This document shows positions 1-10,134 of a DNA stretch of 64,000 bases, one piece after another. The notes below the pieces were generated by a model. The model had not been told where the DNA came from. It searched no databases and worked only from the letters and a program-made list of their open reading frames with translations. The DNA is taken from the NCBI GenBank assembly GCA_963741205.1, contig CAVUHW010000018.1, positions 64,001 through 128,000 on the forward strand. The letters run 5' to 3'. Each line of letters starts with the position of its first letter. Positions within the stretch are counted from its first letter, which is position 1. A program made the translations under genes and the position numbers. The stretch comes from Nitrospirota bacterium. GTDB lineage: Bacteria; Nitrospirota; UBA9217.

Positions 1-325
1 GCCGACGCAGCGGTTGTAGACCTGGCCGTTCAGCCCGTCGGGATTGTGGTAGCTGGCATAGACCGGGCAGACCGGCTCGCAGGGAGCATCGTGGCAGTGC
101 TGGCAGAGTACGGGCAGGAAGCGCACCCGCACGTCCGGGTACTCGCCCACCCAGAAGCGCTCGATCCTGAGCCAGTGCATATCTGCGGCCCTGGGCGATC
201 TCCTTCTTGGCGCAGATGGCCACGTTGTTCTCCGCCTGGCACGCGACCACGCAGGCGCCGCAGCCGGTGCAGCGGTCAAGGTCCACCACCATGCCCCATT
301 TGTACGGGCTCGTCAGTTTTTCCAT
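1..325 (-). CDS. 4Fe-4S dicluster subunit (QrcC/ActB2/NrfC-like), 3' end runs off the window; one frameshift
   Basis: Manual minus-strand translation: MEKLTSPYKWGMVVDLDRCTGCGACVVACQAENN...MHWLRIERFW...PVLCQHCHDAPCEPVCPVYASYHNPDGLNGQVYNRCVG. Confidence 0.85.
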   Translation of the reverse strand, partial: MEKLTSPYKWGMVVDLDRCTGCGACVVACQAENNVAICAKKEIAQGRRYALAQDRALLGGRVPGRAGALPARTLPALPRCSLRAGLPGLCQLPQSRRAERPGLQPLRR

Positions 326-358
326 TCTTGATGATCCTTATGCCATGTAAGGTATTGT

Positions 359-414
359 CCTGACTCCTGACTCCTGCCTACTCCTGACTCCTGACTCCTG
401 ATCTCTCTGACTCT
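359..414. repeat. Imperfect heptamer tandem repeat (CTGACTC)n
   Basis: cctgactcctgactcctgcctactcctgactcctgactcctg... between two genes of one operon. Confidence 0.8.
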
Positions 415-415
415 T

Positions 416-2618
416 CTATATCTCTATCAGTTCGCTTCGAAAGCTCCCTCGCGGGTTCCCCGCGGTCACCAGTTCCCCCTTCTCCGAGATCCGCTTTACC
501 CGCACCCGGGTTGCATTCCATGCCGGTAGAGGCTTCGTTCCTTCCATTGTCATAGCCAAAAGCTGGAGCGGGTTCACTCCCCTGCCCTTTGCATAGCGTC
601 CCATGTCCCGGTGTCCCTGTCCCAAGGGCATCGCAACCATGTCAGGACGGATGCCGGGGTAGATCACCGCTGGTACACGGAGCGAACCTTGGGGGGAAGT
701 TACCTCTACTAAGTCGCCGAAGTTGATACCCAGCTCTGTCCGCGGTCTTGGGGTTGATCTCGACCCAACTATCCCAGACCACCGTGGTCATCGGGTCAGG
801 GAGCTGCTGGAGCCACGGAAGCGGAGCGCCCCGTCCGTCATAAAATGCTGTGGAGGGGTACACCTGAAGATGGAGCGGAAATTCCTTTTCATCTCCGGCA
901 AACACGAGGCTTGGCAGGCTCTGGCACGCTCGGGCCTGCCGACCAGCGATAACCCCTGCCCTCCTCAACGTTCGCTTTGAAAAGTCCACCCTTCCTGAGA
1001 AGGTCCACCCATGTTGCTTCGAAATCCCTGACAGCGGCGGGACCCACTCTCTTTTTCATCTCAGCCTTCAACATATCCAGGTAACTCTGAGACGGGAATG
1101 CAGTCTTCATGTCCCCGCCCAGTTCATGGGCCGCGGTCAACAGCACCTCGGGAAACTGGCGCGTGTCGAACACAGGCACGACAACCGGCTGCATCAGCCC
1201 GATCACCTCATTCCGCGTGCCGGCCAGCGGAATCGCATCCCCCCAGCTTTCGAGAGCAGCGTGATCCGGCAGGATCAGATCGGCCATGAGCGCCGTGTCA
1301 TCCATGAGCGAGGAGAAGCTGACGATGAACGGGACTTTGGCCAGTGACTCCTGGAAACCGGTGGCCGGAGGAATGGTATGGACCGGGTCTCCGTATATCA
1401 GGGCCAGCTGAATCTGGCCTTCCTTCATTTTTTTCACAAGGGAAAGGAGTTCGTCGAAAGAATTTGCCGGGCCGTCCGGGGACCCCATGTCCGGATAGAC
1501 ACCGCCGGTCTTGTTCAGGTTCCCTGCCAGAACGTTCAGGAGTTGGATTGCGCGGATTGTTTCCGGTCCGTTGCTCTGGAAGGCCACCGTCTCCCCGGCC
1601 ATGGCCAGGGCCGGACGCGTTGAAGCAAACTCATGCGCCACCTCGGCTATGGTCTTTTGCGACAGGCCGGTCTCTTCCGCCACCCGGGGAAGGGTCGTAG
1701 GCTGAAAGCCGCTGAAGCAGCTTTTCCGCCGGGAGCCCGTTCGCCGCAAGGCTCGCCTTGTCGTAAAGGGACTCGGCCAGAATCAGCCGGGCCATGCCCA
1801 GAGCCAGGATCCCTTCGCTTCCCGGGCGAGCCGGCATCCAGCGATCTGCAGAGGCAGCGGTCAAAGACAGGCGGCCGCCGACGTAGGTGAAATGACCGCG
1901 GACCGTGTCCCTGCCCTGGCGCATCCTGCCGAAGGCATAGCCGTACTGAACAGGCGACAGGTGGCTCTCCACGAAATCGGCGCCGAAGCTCAAGAGGTAA
2001 CGTGTCTCGGCCAGGTCGTAAAAGGGAAGGCTTGGCTGACCGAAGTTTTGGCGAGTTGGCCTGCCGCAGCCAGTCGGGGCCGAGCAGCTCGTAGGAAATA
2101 TGATGCGAAGAACCGAAGGTGCGCATGAAGCGCGTTGTCAACGAAGAGAGTGTGCCCCGAAGCTCCGGCGTCAAGAGGGCCAGACGGTCGGCGGCCTTTT
2201 CCTGCTTGAGGGCCTTGAGCCTGCTCGACGAGCAGGTCCAGCGCCTCTTCCCAGGAGATCTTCGTGAATTGTCCTGAGCCGCGCGGTCCGCTGCGCTTCA
2301 TCGGCTGCGGCACACGGTCGGGATGGTAAAGCTCCTGCAGGCGGCCTGCCCCCGTGCGCAGAGTTTCCCCTGTTGACCGGGTGAGCGGGGTTCCCCTCGA
2401 TCTTTTTTGGCCCGCCCTTCGGACACCCGGACCAGGATTCCGCATCCGGCCGGACAGGAACGGCAGGAACTGGCATAATACTTGGCCCTGCCCGGGGTCA
2501 CACCCTCGTCAGGCGGGATCAGGTAGGGGATCAGTTTCTCGTTTGCCGACTTGCAGCCCGCGAGCAAGCTGCCGGCGGCCGTCAATCCGCTGAGCTGCAA
2601 AAAGGTTCTGCGATCCAT
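416..2618 (-). CDS. Molybdopterin-oxidoreductase-fold subunit (QrcB/ActB1-like), Tat lipoprotein; several frameshifts
   Basis: Fragments join up: MDRRTFLQL...LAGC, SCRSCPAGCG, KIEGNPAHPVNRG, KLCARGQ, ADLILPDHAALESWGD, PWLQQLPDPMTTVVWDSWVEINP, PLGQGH...RYAKGRGVNP. Confidence 0.85.
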
Positions 2619-2637
2619 AGTGTAAAACCTCAATCTT

Positions 2638-2712
2638 TGTCATTCCTGCGGAAGCAGGAATCCACATTTGTATCGAAAGGCAAATGGATTCCGGGTCAAG
2701 CCCGGAATGACA
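2638..2712. repeat. REP/REPIN-like double palindrome, GTCATTCC family
   Basis: tgtcattcctgcggaagcaggaatcca...tggattccgggtcaagcccggaatgaca. Confidence 0.8.
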
Positions 2713-2868
2713 CGATAAGACCTACGCGGTTTTTACTAACGACGTACTTAATACAACGCATTCAGATTCGTTCTGCTTTGCCCTTCCTTGTCCTCTCCCA
2801 GAGAGTTGGTGAGGGGACTTGCCGTGTAACAACGTTCGCATTAGATTTCCTTAACTCGAATCGACAGA

Positions 2869-3383
2869 TCATTTATGACACGTCCAGCAATCGATACTGG
2901 CCTTATGCTGCTTATGACAGTTCAGGCACCAGCCCATCTTGATCTTGACTGACCGGGTGATCCGCTGCATAGCGGCCACTTCGCCGTGGCAGGTCGTACA
3001 GACGAGTCCGGCGCGGATATGCATCATGTGCGGGAAATAGACGTGGTCCGGAACTCCGTAGACCCTGACCCAGGGGATCGGCTCTTTCTTCTCCCAGTAC
3101 GTCATCAGCTTCTTGATTTCCGGAGCGTTCTGCGCAATGAACAGTGGCAGGCCCGGCAGTCCGCAACTGCCGGGATGCCGGCAACGGTCGACTTCGGAGC
3201 GTAGCGGTGACAAAAGAGGCAAGGGATGCCGTTGTCGCCGGCATGTATCTTATGGCTGAAGGCGATCGGTTGGATGGGAGAGCGGTCCCGAAGATCCAGC
3301 GGCAGAATGTACATAAACACCAGGACGGCGATAAGAACAGCCGCCGCGACGATCAGCCCGCCGATGAGCCACGATAGTTTCAC
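2869..3383 (-). CDS. Membrane-anchored pentaheme cytochrome c (QrcA/ActA-like); one frameshift
   Basis: N-terminal TM helix; QPIAFSHKIH; CLFCH, CRACH, CTTCH, CLNCH, CWTCH; PIPWVRVY.VPDHVYFPH motif. Confidence 0.9.
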
Positions 3384-3417
3384 CTGATGATGCCTTTCTC
3401 CTACAACGGCCCTTTTC

Positions 3418-3512
3418 TGTCATTCCCGAATGACTCTATCGGGAATCCATTTTTTATAGAGATAACAAAAATCACGACACTGGATTCCGGCTGGAACCAT
3501 GCCGGAATGACG
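3418..3512. repeat. REP/REPIN-like double palindrome, GTCATTCC family
   Basis: tgtcattcccgaatgactctatcgggaatcca...tggattccggctggaaccatgccggaatgac. Confidence 0.75.
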
Positions 3513-3640
3513 AACTAAGGTGTGCATTGGGAAATAAATTCAACGAAGTATGATCCAAAACTACTCAAAGTTTATCTTAATTGTGCTGATAGTCAAGTCG
3601 GATGACATGGACGGCGCTTCGACTCCCTGTTTCCCGTCAT

Positions 3641-3669
3641 TTGACAAACCCTGACGCCGCTGTTATAGT
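3641..3669 (+). promoter_or_regulatory. Sigma-70-type promoter of the Rieske/cytochrome b operon
   Basis: TTGACA-17 bp-TATAGT, about 45 bp upstream of the ATG at 3714. Confidence 0.65.
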
Positions 3670-3713
3670 TCATTACAATCGACCTGACGCCTGCCGGAGA
3701 TCGCACAACAACC

Positions 3714-4126
3714 ATGACGAACCGACGCCAATTTTTACAAAAAGCACTTGCAGTCCTGGGTCTGACGACCCTCGCTTCCTTCCTTTATCCCCTTTTCAAA
3801 TATTTCTCGCCGCCGGCCGGGGAAGCCGGGGCAAGACGGCTTGTCCTCGGCAAAACAGAAATTCCCGTCGGTGAGGCGAAAGAGATTGTTTTTAACAACA
3901 CTCCTGCCATCGTCATCAACAGGCCGGACAAGGGGTATGTTGTACTTTCCCGCGTCTGCACTCATCTCGGGTGCCTTGTGGATTATCAAAAAGATATGAA
4001 GAGGTTTCTTTGTCCCTGCCATGGAGGGACGTATGACCTTTCGGGAAGCGTCATTTCAGGACCTCCCCGAAGCCTTTGCAGCAGTTTCCGCTCAAGGTCG
4101 AGGGAGACTCCATTATTATAGGATGA
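3714..4126 (+). CDS. petC: Rieske 2Fe-2S subunit of a bc-type complex (CbcV-like); frameshift near the C-terminus
   Basis: Tat motif NRRQFL; CTHLGC and CPCHGG boxes; GPP..PLQQFPLKVEGDSIIIG continues in the next frame. Confidence 0.92.
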
Positions 4127-4131
4127 TAAAA

Positions 4132-4224
4132 ACCCATCCCCACCGTTTGTCCTCCCGCTTCGAAGTTGGAGGAAACTTCTATCCTTCTCCCCCTTCAACG
4201 GGGAGACTCGAGAGGGGGATGGGT
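4132..4224. repeat. REP-like hairpin element with 10-bp inverted ends
   Basis: acccatcccc...ggggatgggt with internal tctccccttcaacggggaga hairpin. Confidence 0.65.
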
Positions 4225-4241
4225 GAACCAGGGAAAGCGCC

Positions 4242-5333
4242 ATGTGGAAAACCATAAAAAACTGGATCGAGGTCAGGATCGGCCTCGATGAGCTCGTAAG
4301 GACCCATCTCACCGGATATCTGGTCCCGAGGAGCATCAACCTTTTTTATACCCTCGGGTTCGTCGCGCTCGCCGGGTTCATCGTCCAGATCCTCACCGGT
4401 TTTCTCCTGCTCATCTACTACGTCCCGCTTCCGGACCATGCCTTCAGGAGCGTCCAGAACATCATGGTGAACGTGCCCTACGGCTGGCTTTTCAGGCTGA
4501 TGCACGTGGTGGGAAGTAACCTCATCGTGGTCGCGGTCGGGTGCCACATGCTCTCGGTCTTTTTCATGAACAGCTACAAGAAGCCGCGGGAACTGACCTG
4601 GTTCGCGGGCGCCTGCATGCTGCTTATCACGCTTACCTTCTGCCTGAGCGGCTACCTCCTGCCCTGGAGCCAGCTCTCCTATTGGGCCACGACGATCGTG
4701 ACGAACATCCCCTCCGCGCTTCCGTACGTCGGCGCATTCGCCGTGACATGCCTGCAGGGGGGCCAGAGCCTGTCCGGGATCACACTCGGAAGGTTCTTCG
4801 CCCTCCACGTGGTCGTCCTGCCGGCCCTTCTTTTGACTCTCGTAAGCATCCACCTCTTTCTCGTGAGACGAATCGGCATCTCGTCGCCCCCCTTCGATAG
4901 GGCGGGAGTTAAAGAGCCGTGGACCGGTTTCAGACATGAGGACCATCCGGACGGCTATCCCTTCTTTCCGCACTTCGTGCTGAAGGAAACATACATGGTT
5001 ATGGCCCTCTTCGCGCTCATGTTTCTCATCATCACCTTCGCCCCGGCCCTGTTTTTACCTGAGGACGCGAACATCCCGGCGGACCCGCTGAAGACCCCGA
5101 TGCACATCAAGCCTGAATGGTATTTTCTCGCCCCCTATCAGATGCTGAAACTGGTTCCGAACAAGTTCGTGGGCGTCAGCCTGCAGATCATCATGGTCAC
5201 GCTGTTTATCCTGTGGCCTTTTCTTGACGTAAAAAAAGAGGACAATATCCTGAAGCGACGAGGCCTGTTCGCCTTTTTCATCGTCGCGCTCATCGGGTGG
5301 GTCGTACTTACGATATGGGGAAAATATTCGTAA
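4242..5333 (+). CDS. petB: Cytochrome b (b6 plus subunit IV fused) of a Rieske/cyt b complex (CbcW-like)
   Basis: GWLFRLMH, SYKKPRELTW, GYLLPWSQLSYWA, RFFALHV, HIKPEWYF motifs. Confidence 0.95.
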   Translation: MWKTIKNWIEVRIGLDELVRTHLTGYLVPRSINLFYTLGFVALAGFIVQILTGFLLLIYYVPLPDHAFRSVQNIMVNVPYGWLFRLMHVVGSNLIVVAVGCHMLSVFFMNSYKKPRELTWFAGACMLLITLTFCLSGYLLPWSQLSYWATTIVTNIPSALPYVGAFAVTCLQGGQSLSGITLGRFFALHVVVLPALLLTLVSIHLFLVRRIGISSPPFDRAGVKEPWTGFRHEDHPDGYPFFPHFVLKETYMVMALFALMFLIITFAPALFLPEDANIPADPLKTPMHIKPEWYFLAPYQMLKLVPNKFVGVSLQIIMVTLFILWPFLDVKKEDNILKRRGLFAFFIVALIGWVVLTIWGKYS

Positions 5334-5419
5334 ACATGGACCAAGCCATCCGCCTGCACCCAGCGTTTTCGAGTGCCGATGCGCGAGAGCAGGGCGTGAT
5401 GGCGTGAATTAAATTTGGT

Positions 5420-5505
5420 TGTCATACCCGCGAAAGCGGGTATCCATTGGCTTCTATCAAATAAACTTCAAAATGGATTCCCGATAAAAGCATTCGGGAA
5501 TGACG
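5420..5505. repeat. REP/REPIN-like double palindrome, GTCATTCC family
   Basis: tgtcatacccgcgaaagcgggtatcca...tggattcccgataaaagcattcgggaatgac. Confidence 0.8.
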
Positions 5506-5551
5506 GTTTATTTTTATTTTAGCAGTATAAATATTTACGCGGATACATCAA

Positions 5552-6365
5552 ATGCCACGCAGAAAAAAAATAATATTCCTGTCTGCTGCTATCTTTGCCC
5601 TCGTTCTCGCAGCCGCGGCCCAAGGTGCGGAAAACCGGGAGCCGATCTGCATCCAATGCCATGACTCCGATATGATGAAGCCGGCATTCCGGAAGATTCC
5701 GGCGGAGTGGAGGCAGAGCTGGCACTATCAGAACGGCGTCGCCTGCAACGACTGCCACGGCGGCGACCCCGTGGACGCGGCCATGGCCATGTCGCCGCAG
5801 CGGGGGTTCGTCGGCGCCCCGAAATATAAAGATGTGCCCGAATTCTGCGGCAAATGCCATATCGGCATCCTGAAGAACTACACGGAGAGCGGCCACGGGA
5901 AGGCGCTCAAGGCCTCGGGCAGGGGCCCGAACTGCGTCACCTGCCACGGCTCCCACGGCATCCAAAAGGCGAACATCGACATCATCAACGAAGTGCGGTG
6001 CTCGCAGTGCCACACCTACGAGAGGGCCAGAATCATGAAGCAGGCCCTTTCCGCGACGGAGCAGAAGATAGGGGACATCAGGAACGCACTGAAGAAGCTG
6101 TCATCACAGGGGATCTATACCGGGGGAGGAAGACAAGGAGCTGTTCCGCACCGAAGCGGAATTCCGCACGCTTTTTCATACGGTCGACGTTTCCCTCGTG
6201 AAGCAGAAGACAGATAGTTTTCACGAGCGGCTGGATGCGATCCAGAAAAAGGCGGATGCCCTCTTTGCCGATCTCCGCTCCAGAAGGAACTTCTCCGGCT
6301 TCCTTTTGTTCCTCTTTCTCGGCACGGGAGTGATTGTTTATTTGCTCGCAAAGTCCTACCGGTGA
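5552..6365 (+). CDS. Pentaheme cytochrome c with C-terminal coiled coil and TM anchor (CbcX-like); one frameshift near 6125
   Basis: Signal peptide; CIQCH, CNDCH, CGKCH, CVTCH, CSQCH; alternate frame continues EAEFRTLFHTVDV...FSGFLLFLFLGTGVIVYLLAKSYR*. Confidence 0.88.
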
Positions 6366-7175
6366 GAACACACTTCGAAGGCGGAGAAGCGAAGACGTTT
6401 TCTCCTGCCGGCCTTTCTCATCGTAAGCCGCGGTCCCCCGAAGAGATGCAGATTACAACCTTCACAAGGTCTTGTCGCGATCGTCAACCAGTCGAATGTT
6501 TTCGCGTATGTCTAACTTCCTTGCTTCCCCTGATGCAGCGAATAAATCCTAAGTTCTCCCCACAAAATCCCAACCAAGCGTCAAATTCAACCCAATTCCC
6601 CAGTGATAAAAATTCGCATGCCCTTTCACAGTCGAGGTAAGTGTCAAAGCAGCGTTCTCGTTTGGCGAGTTCATAACACATCACACTGGATGAGAGTACG
6701 CAGACTTGTCGGCTGGCCGATTTATGTCGAATATGCCTCTTCTTATTTTGCATTGGCGTATCACTTTATCTCGACAAATCAGTATTCGTTTTAAAATAGG
6801 TAATTATACTCATTTACTTTCTGCGCTGATTTTATAAAATTGTTTCAGATAAGTTCATGGGAGTGCATGAGAGCAAAAAATGGTATGCATTTTTCTGCAC
6901 TCTATCGTAAGCGATTTATCATCACGCTTAATTTTACTTCCTGAATGTGCTTTATCGTTATTTAATGATTTTCCGCGAGTCGCGGCCGGTTGAAATTTCA
7001 GACGCATATAGCGGCATCCGCGCAGCTTACAGGCCTGCACGGCAGGTTCAAATTGAATGAGTCCGTTCAAATTAAACGGGCGAATATGAACCTGCCACGA
7101 ATAATTCAACGGCGCAGTTTCTTATAATCATAGGCTTTGCAAGTAATTATTCACACGCGACTAGTCAACTGCTTC

Positions 7176-7191
7176 TGGCACACACTTTGCT
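7176..7191 (+). promoter_or_regulatory. Sigma-54 (-24/-12) promoter
   Basis: TGGCACACACTTTGCT, exact GG-N10-GC spacing, about 200 bp upstream of the CDS at 7390. Confidence 0.8.
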
Positions 7192-7389
7192 TGCGTTACA
7201 CAAGTAGTATTTATGAAAGGAGGGAGAGAAAAAATTAGATTTTTCTGTGTACCCCATTGGAGATTCATCACGGCGACATCAGCGCTGCGTGTCGGATGGT
7301 CGTCATATGGGGACTCAGCAGCAGGTCTCACACGATGATTAACCTCTAACAGGGTTCAATTCAGCAGCGCCAAATTATAGGAGGGTATT

Positions 7390-10052
7390 ATGAAGAAAGG
7401 ATTTTACAGGAAGTCGAGTGCGACCGTGCGGTTCACGGCATGGGTCGTAATCTACGCGTTTCTCATGCTGCCGAGCGGCGTGGCATTTGCAAACCCACCC
7501 GCGCTCAGCACGGTGAAGATTCCCTCACCGCCGAATCTGGATGATTTCGTGAAGGACAAGAAGGCGGCCATCATGCTGGGCAAGGCCCTGTTCTGGGACA
7601 GCAGGTGGGCGGCGACGGCGGTCAGGCCTGTGCCAGTTGCCACTACATGGCGGGCGCTGACCCCTATGATGTAAGAAACAAGAACCAGGTCAATCCCGGT
7701 CCGAACGGGGCCTTCGACGTGGTGACCGGTCCCAACCAGACCCTGGCAGATCGGCCTTCCCGTTCTGTGCAGGTGTCGGACCCCGCCGGCGCGAAACTGG
7801 AGAACGGCCTCGGGGTTCTGTGCACCGGCACACCCTGCACCGGCACGACGTATAAGGACGACGTCGTCGGCTCCCAGGGTGTCAGCTTCGACCATCTTCA
7901 CCAGTTTATCCGGCACCGCACGGGACACCGGGAACGCCGTTGATGACCCGACGTTCCACTTCTCGCGGCAGGGTGACCGGACGCAACACCCCGCCCGCGG
8001 TCAACGCGGTGTTCAACTACGCCAACTTCTGGGACGGCCGGGCCAACAATATCTTTAACGGCTGCAAGCCCCATCGGTCCCCTCGATGGAAGCGCGGGAA
8101 TCTGGGTCAATCTGGCAGGGCCTACGGAAACGCCGAATCTTCAGTTCCAGAAGGTCGCCATACCCAACGCGAGCACTCGCTTCCCAGGCAGTCGGTCCCC
8201 CGAACAATGGCACTGAGATGTCGTGGGACGGCCGCAACTTCCCGCAGCTCGGCCGCAAACTGCTCGACCCTCACCCCGCTCGGGCAGCAGCATCGTGGAT
8301 CCCAATGACAGCGTGCTGGGGGGACTCTCTCCAACGCAGACACACGGGACTCAACACCACGACCTACGCCCAGATGATCCAGAACGCTTTCTATGAAAAA
8401 TACTGGGATTCGTTCGGCCAGACCATCGTCATCAACGGCACGGCCTACAACCAGATGGAGGCGAATTTCTCCCTGTTCTGGGGCCTTTCGGTCATGCTCT
8501 ACGAGTCGACCCTGGTCTCTGACCAGACGCCCTTTGATCTGGGCACCATGACCGCCATACAGCAGCAAGACGGGCTTCTCGGTATTTAACGGGAAAGGCA
8601 AGTGCACCAAATGCCACAGCGGCTCCGAGCTCAGCGACGCTACGGTCTCCGACGCCCTTGCGAACGGCCTGATCGAGAAGGGCGCAGACCAGGACCAGCG
8701 AGGCCATCAGCGACAACGGCTTCCACAATCTCGGCGTAAGCCCCACGGCGGCTGACATCGGCCGGGGCGGCGTCGGCGGCTCTCCGTTCATACAGAACAG
8801 TTTCTCGATTTCGTCCTTTGCGCAACAGGCGATCGCCCAGGCCAACGGCGGGCTTCTGTTTACCGCGCCGCAGGCGATCTTCGGCGGGATCACAGCCAAC
8901 ACGCCGGTCGCGGTGAACGGCTCCTACAAGACCCCGCAGCTCCGAAACGTGGCCTTGACCGCACCCTATATGCACAACGGCAGCATGCTCACCCTCGCCG
9001 AGGTGGTGGAGTTCTACGCCCGCGGCGGGAATTTCGCCAATGCTGAACAGGCCAAGGACATGAGCGGGCCTTTCGGCGGAGGCGCCCTGGCTCCGGCCGA
9101 TCGTAACCGCTATCGTGGACTTCCTCCAGAACGCCCTGACCGACCCGCGGGTAGCTGCGGAGACGGCCCCCTTCGACCATCCGACGCTGACGATCCCCGA
9201 CGGCAACGGTTGCGGATACCAGAATCACTCTGCCGGCCACGGGCGGCAGCCTGGCGGGCTACACCTTCGATCTCGACAATTACCTAGCAACACGCCTTTG
9301 CGACACTTGTGTCGAGACCACGACCCTGGCCGGCCTGCCGAAGGCTGAGATCACCGGCGCCCCGGCCGGCGTGACCAATCAGACCGGCGCGACCATAACC
9401 GTCGGAGGAGCGGACGTCGTGGCCTTCATGTACAAGCTCGACAACGGTGTGTACAGCGCGGAAACTCCGACAACCTCGCCGATTGCCTTGACTGGCCTGG
9501 CCAACGGCGCCCACACCGTATCAGTTGTCGGCAAGAATGCGGCCGGGAGCTGGCAGCTTGACGCATTCGCGACTACCGCGAGCTGGACCGTTAACACCAC
9601 CCCGCCGCCGGTTAGTATCAATCCCGTCGCTTCGAACACCAGGAACACAACCCAGACCATCGCCGGCACGATGGAAGCAGGGGCTACGGTAACGGTGAGA
9701 GTGAATACCGGGGCCACGGTCGGACCCGTCACGGTCAGCGGCAACTACCTGGACCTGCCAGGTGAGCGGATTGGCAAACGGCGACAACACCATTACGGTC
9801 ACCGCCACCAACGCCAGCGGCAACACGAACAGCTCGACGGCCACTATAAAAGTAGTCATCGCGGACGGGTGCTTCAGGGGTACAGGAAGCCCGGACATCA
9901 CCGACGCCCTGAAGGCCTTGAAAATGGCGGTCGGGATCATAGCGCCGACAAACGACGATCTGCTGCACGGGGATGTCACGTCAGACGGCAGGATCGACAC
10001 CGGCGACGCATTGCTGATCCTGAGGAAATCGGTCGGCATGGCGGCGTTCTAG
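7390..10052 (+). CDS. Large secreted di-heme cytochrome c peroxidase/MauG-family protein (SACCP/CorB-like) with Ig-like domains and a C-terminal dockerin-like domain; many frameshifts
   Basis: Signal peptide ..AFA-N; [92 protein letters not shown]; Thr-rich beta domains; tail [14 protein letters not shown]...[23 protein letters not shown]. Confidence 0.8.
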
Positions 10053-10134
10053 CGAGTTGTGAGACCGGCTTGTCAGTGCAAGCTTGCAGGCCTGCAAGCC
10101 GGACATTTAACGGGTTATTAACGAGGAGGAAGCC

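Noticed and set aside
359-414. Short repeats as a CRISPR array
   Set aside because: The units are 7 bp and directly tandem, with no unique spacers and no cas genes in the window.
6484-7109. Short ORFs in the AT-rich spacer
   Set aside because: No RBS or motif support and atypical composition. The region is better explained as regulatory DNA.
9860-10050. Dockerin as evidence of cellulose degradation
   Set aside because: No glycoside hydrolase or CBM is evident in the locus; the attached catalytic domain is a heme protein.
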